Source of the DNA: an uncultured virus (IMG/VR IMGVR_UViG_3300021255_001403)
Taxonomy: Duplodnaviria > Heunggongvirae > Uroviricota > Caudoviricetes
DNA length: 64,000 nt
Strand: one strand, 5' to 3'
IMG/VR virus record: IMGVR_UViG_3300021255_001403
The notes beneath the pieces are model-generated. The model was not told where the DNA came from and searched no databases. It worked only from the letters and a program-made list of their open reading frames with translations. The number at the start of each line of letters is the position of its first letter. Within the stretch, counting starts at the first letter, position 1. Position numbers and translations under genes: made by a program. Positions 62,102-64,000 of the stretch are shown piece after piece.

Positions 62102-62758
62102 ATGGAACCTATATTACATGAATATGAAGCCGGAGTAGCTGAAACGATTAAACACGATTTTATCTATACAATCGTTAAAACATTCGACGATCCTAATTGT
62201 AAAAGAGTTACTAGAAGAGTATGTATTGTTTCTTGTGATATTAAGCCTATAATGAATTATTTGAAAGATTATTTTGATAATCATGGATACAAAATAGAAT
62301 ATAAGAAAGTCAATAAGTTTGATTACTTTTCAATAGAAGTAATAGATATTATTGTTACCAAAACTGAAAAATCACAATTACCTTCATACTTAAAAAAGAT
62401 ATACGGAAAAATAACTAATATACCTTTAGGAGAAGGTAGTAAAGAAGAGGAAGAACTGTTTAATAGTCCTCGTCTTATGAGTGCTGATGAAGCTAGAGAT
62501 ATTGCTGATAAAAAGAATCTCGAAAATCAATTTTCTTTAGATCATTATCTTTTGCTTATTGGAGAAGCTATTGGTAAAGCAGCTAAAGAAGGTAAGTATT
62601 CAGTAGATTTTAATTTAGAATATAATACTGATACTGAAGTCATTAATAAACTATCCAGTTATTTGAAATCTTTAGGATTTACTGTAAATGATAATACTTC
62701 TTGGAATAGTAGTGATGGGTACTATAAGAAATTAACAATAGAGTTTTACAGTAAATAA
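62102..62758 (+). CDS. repeated-domain family protein
   Basis: RLMSADEAR...IGEAIGKAAKEG...LKSLGFTV. Confidence 0.65.
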   Translation: MEPILHEYEAGVAETIKHDFIYTIVKTFDDPNCKRVTRRVCIVSCDIKPIMNYLKDYFDNHGYKIEYKKVNKFDYFSIEVIDIIVTKTEKSQLPSYLKKIYGKITNIPLGEGSKEEEELFNSPRLMSADEARDIADKKNLENQFSLDHYLLLIGEAIGKAAKEGKYSVDFNLEYNTDTEVINKLSSYLKSLGFTVNDNTSWNSSDGYYKKLTIEFYSK

Positions 62759-62779
62759 AAATTAAAGGAGAGAAATATT

Positions 62780-63331
62780 ATGATCGGTACTTTTAAATTC
62801 TCTATTTTCTTAGTAAAGAATCCTTTACCTAGAAGGATTAAGAAGAAAAATAGAATGAATAATTATGTGGGATTTATTGTAGATGCTGATGAAAGGTTCA
62901 ATTCTATATCTAACTCTATTGTCTCAGAAAATAATAGTCCTGGATTAGTGTTATATAACTTATCAGGATTTTTTCAGAGCTATGTGAATAGAGAAGATGG
63001 ATCTTTTTGTGTAGAACCTGGAGATTATAGAGATCCAGATTCTTATATCAAAAAAGCAAAGACTGAGTATATTAAATATCTTTGTGATAGTATAGATAAC
63101 CCTGGTAATATAGAAAAATATTACTCAGGTAAAGAGAAGATCAAAAAGATTGATGCTTCTTTAGATATCAATAATGAAGGGTATGAATGGTTTATCTTTA
63201 AATATGTAGACGCAATATGTCGATTAAATTGTGCAACTACTGATAGTGGAATTATAGCAAAATTTAGGAATAAACGGGAAAGGAATATAGCTAAAGCATA
63301 TATTCTTAATTATAAGAATATATTCAACTAA
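62780..63331 (+). CDS. hypothetical protein
   Basis: AAGGAG SD. Confidence 0.6.
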   Translation: MIGTFKFSIFLVKNPLPRRIKKKNRMNNYVGFIVDADERFNSISNSIVSENNSPGLVLYNLSGFFQSYVNREDGSFCVEPGDYRDPDSYIKKAKTEYIKYLCDSIDNPGNIEKYYSGKEKIKKIDASLDINNEGYEWFIFKYVDAICRLNCATTDSGIIAKFRNKRERNIAKAYILNYKNIFN

Positions 63332-63353
63332 TTCCATATAGGAGAGGAATATC

Positions 63354-64000
63354 ATGGAAAGTGCATATTTATATAGTAAGTATAAAAATTTCAAAGATCG
63401 AGAAAAGGAGATGATAGATACCACATTCAGAAATATCTCCAAACACATGAAAAATAACAAATTTGTTGATAATTCAATATTACTGACGATGGAGTTTAAT
63501 ATAAACTTTAGTTTTAATAATAATAATAATAAAGTTTGTATTCCTATCGAAGTTAAAGAGTATATAAGGAATGTATTAGAATCAGAAGATTACAAATATC
63601 TTACTAATGCTCCATCTGAAGATTCATCTTTAAATGACGTTCTTATCATCTATAAAACAAAAGAATCTAAAGTATTTGATTATAAAGAGTTAGCAGAAAG
63701 ACTTGGTGTATATAAAAAATATGATGATATGAATCTGTTTATTATCAATGCTAAAAAAGCATTAGAAATTTCTAACTCTGATAATCATCAAACAGATTCA
63801 GAATATGCTAAATCTAAATTAATAAAAGAAAAGATATTCGAGATTGGCGCTAAGATATATAAAGCTGCTCGTAATGGTGAGAAGAAGTTAGTATATGATT
63901 GTAATTTCTCTGATAAAGATGATGTAATAGAGTATATAACGAATCGTTTAAGAAAAGAGGGATATAATGTCGTCGAAAAGACCATTCCCTTTGCAGATTG
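63354..64000 (+). CDS. repeated-domain family protein, truncated by the window end (not in ORF track)
   Basis: GGAGAGG SD, ATG 63354, open to the end; INAKKA...IGAKIYKAARNG...LRKEGYNV. Confidence 0.65.
   Translation, partial: MESAYLYSKYKNFKDREKEMIDTTFRNISKHMKNNKFVDNSILLTMEFNINFSFNNNNNKVCIPIEVKEYIRNVLESEDYKYLTNAPSEDSSLNDVLIIYKTKESKVFDYKELAERLGVYKKYDDMNLFIINAKKALEISNSDNHQTDSEYAKSKLIKEKIFEIGAKIYKAARNGEKKLVYDCNFSDKDDVIEYITNRLRKEGYNVVEKTIPFAD

Noticed and set aside
1..64000. Stop-codon reassignment as seen in some gut phages
   Set aside because: Core genes are full length in the standard code and use TAA, TAG and TGA as real stops
1..64000. tRNA or rRNA genes and group I introns in RNAP, ligase or topoisomerase genes
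   Set aside because: No cloverleaf or T-loop motif noticed in intergenic regions; core ORFs are uninterrupted (tRNAscan not run)

Overview
This is an AT-rich, gene-dense segment of a jumbo bacteriophage genome of the phiKZ/AR9-like type. The host is probably an anaerobic Firmicute, which is an inference. Evidence for the phage type: split multisubunit RNA polymerase beta fragments (23246, 31007, 39129), a tubulin/FtsZ-family protein, RecA/UvsX, GyrA/ParC, NAD-dependent ligase, SbcC/Rad50, NrdD with a mini-intein plus NrdG, two peptidoglycan hydrolases, and two recurring phage-type promoter motifs. Two unusual systems stand out. (1) A dispersed DGR-like arrangement: three C-type-lectin/Mtd-like target paralogs have C-terminal variable repeats with the adenine-mutagenesis signature, and two of them, about 42 kb apart, share a GAA-loop hairpin and a conserved downstream element. 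The adjacent RT is degenerate, fused to a Q/P/Y-rich N-terminus and keeps YMDD. No template repeat or avd is visible in the window. (2) A DIP1984-like helical protein gene is followed by an approximately 490-nt highly base-paired non-coding region holding about 12 tandem TAAACTGT-like octamers, and the same octamer lies just upstream of the gene's own ribosome-binding site. All calls come from reading motifs by eye; no database searches were run.
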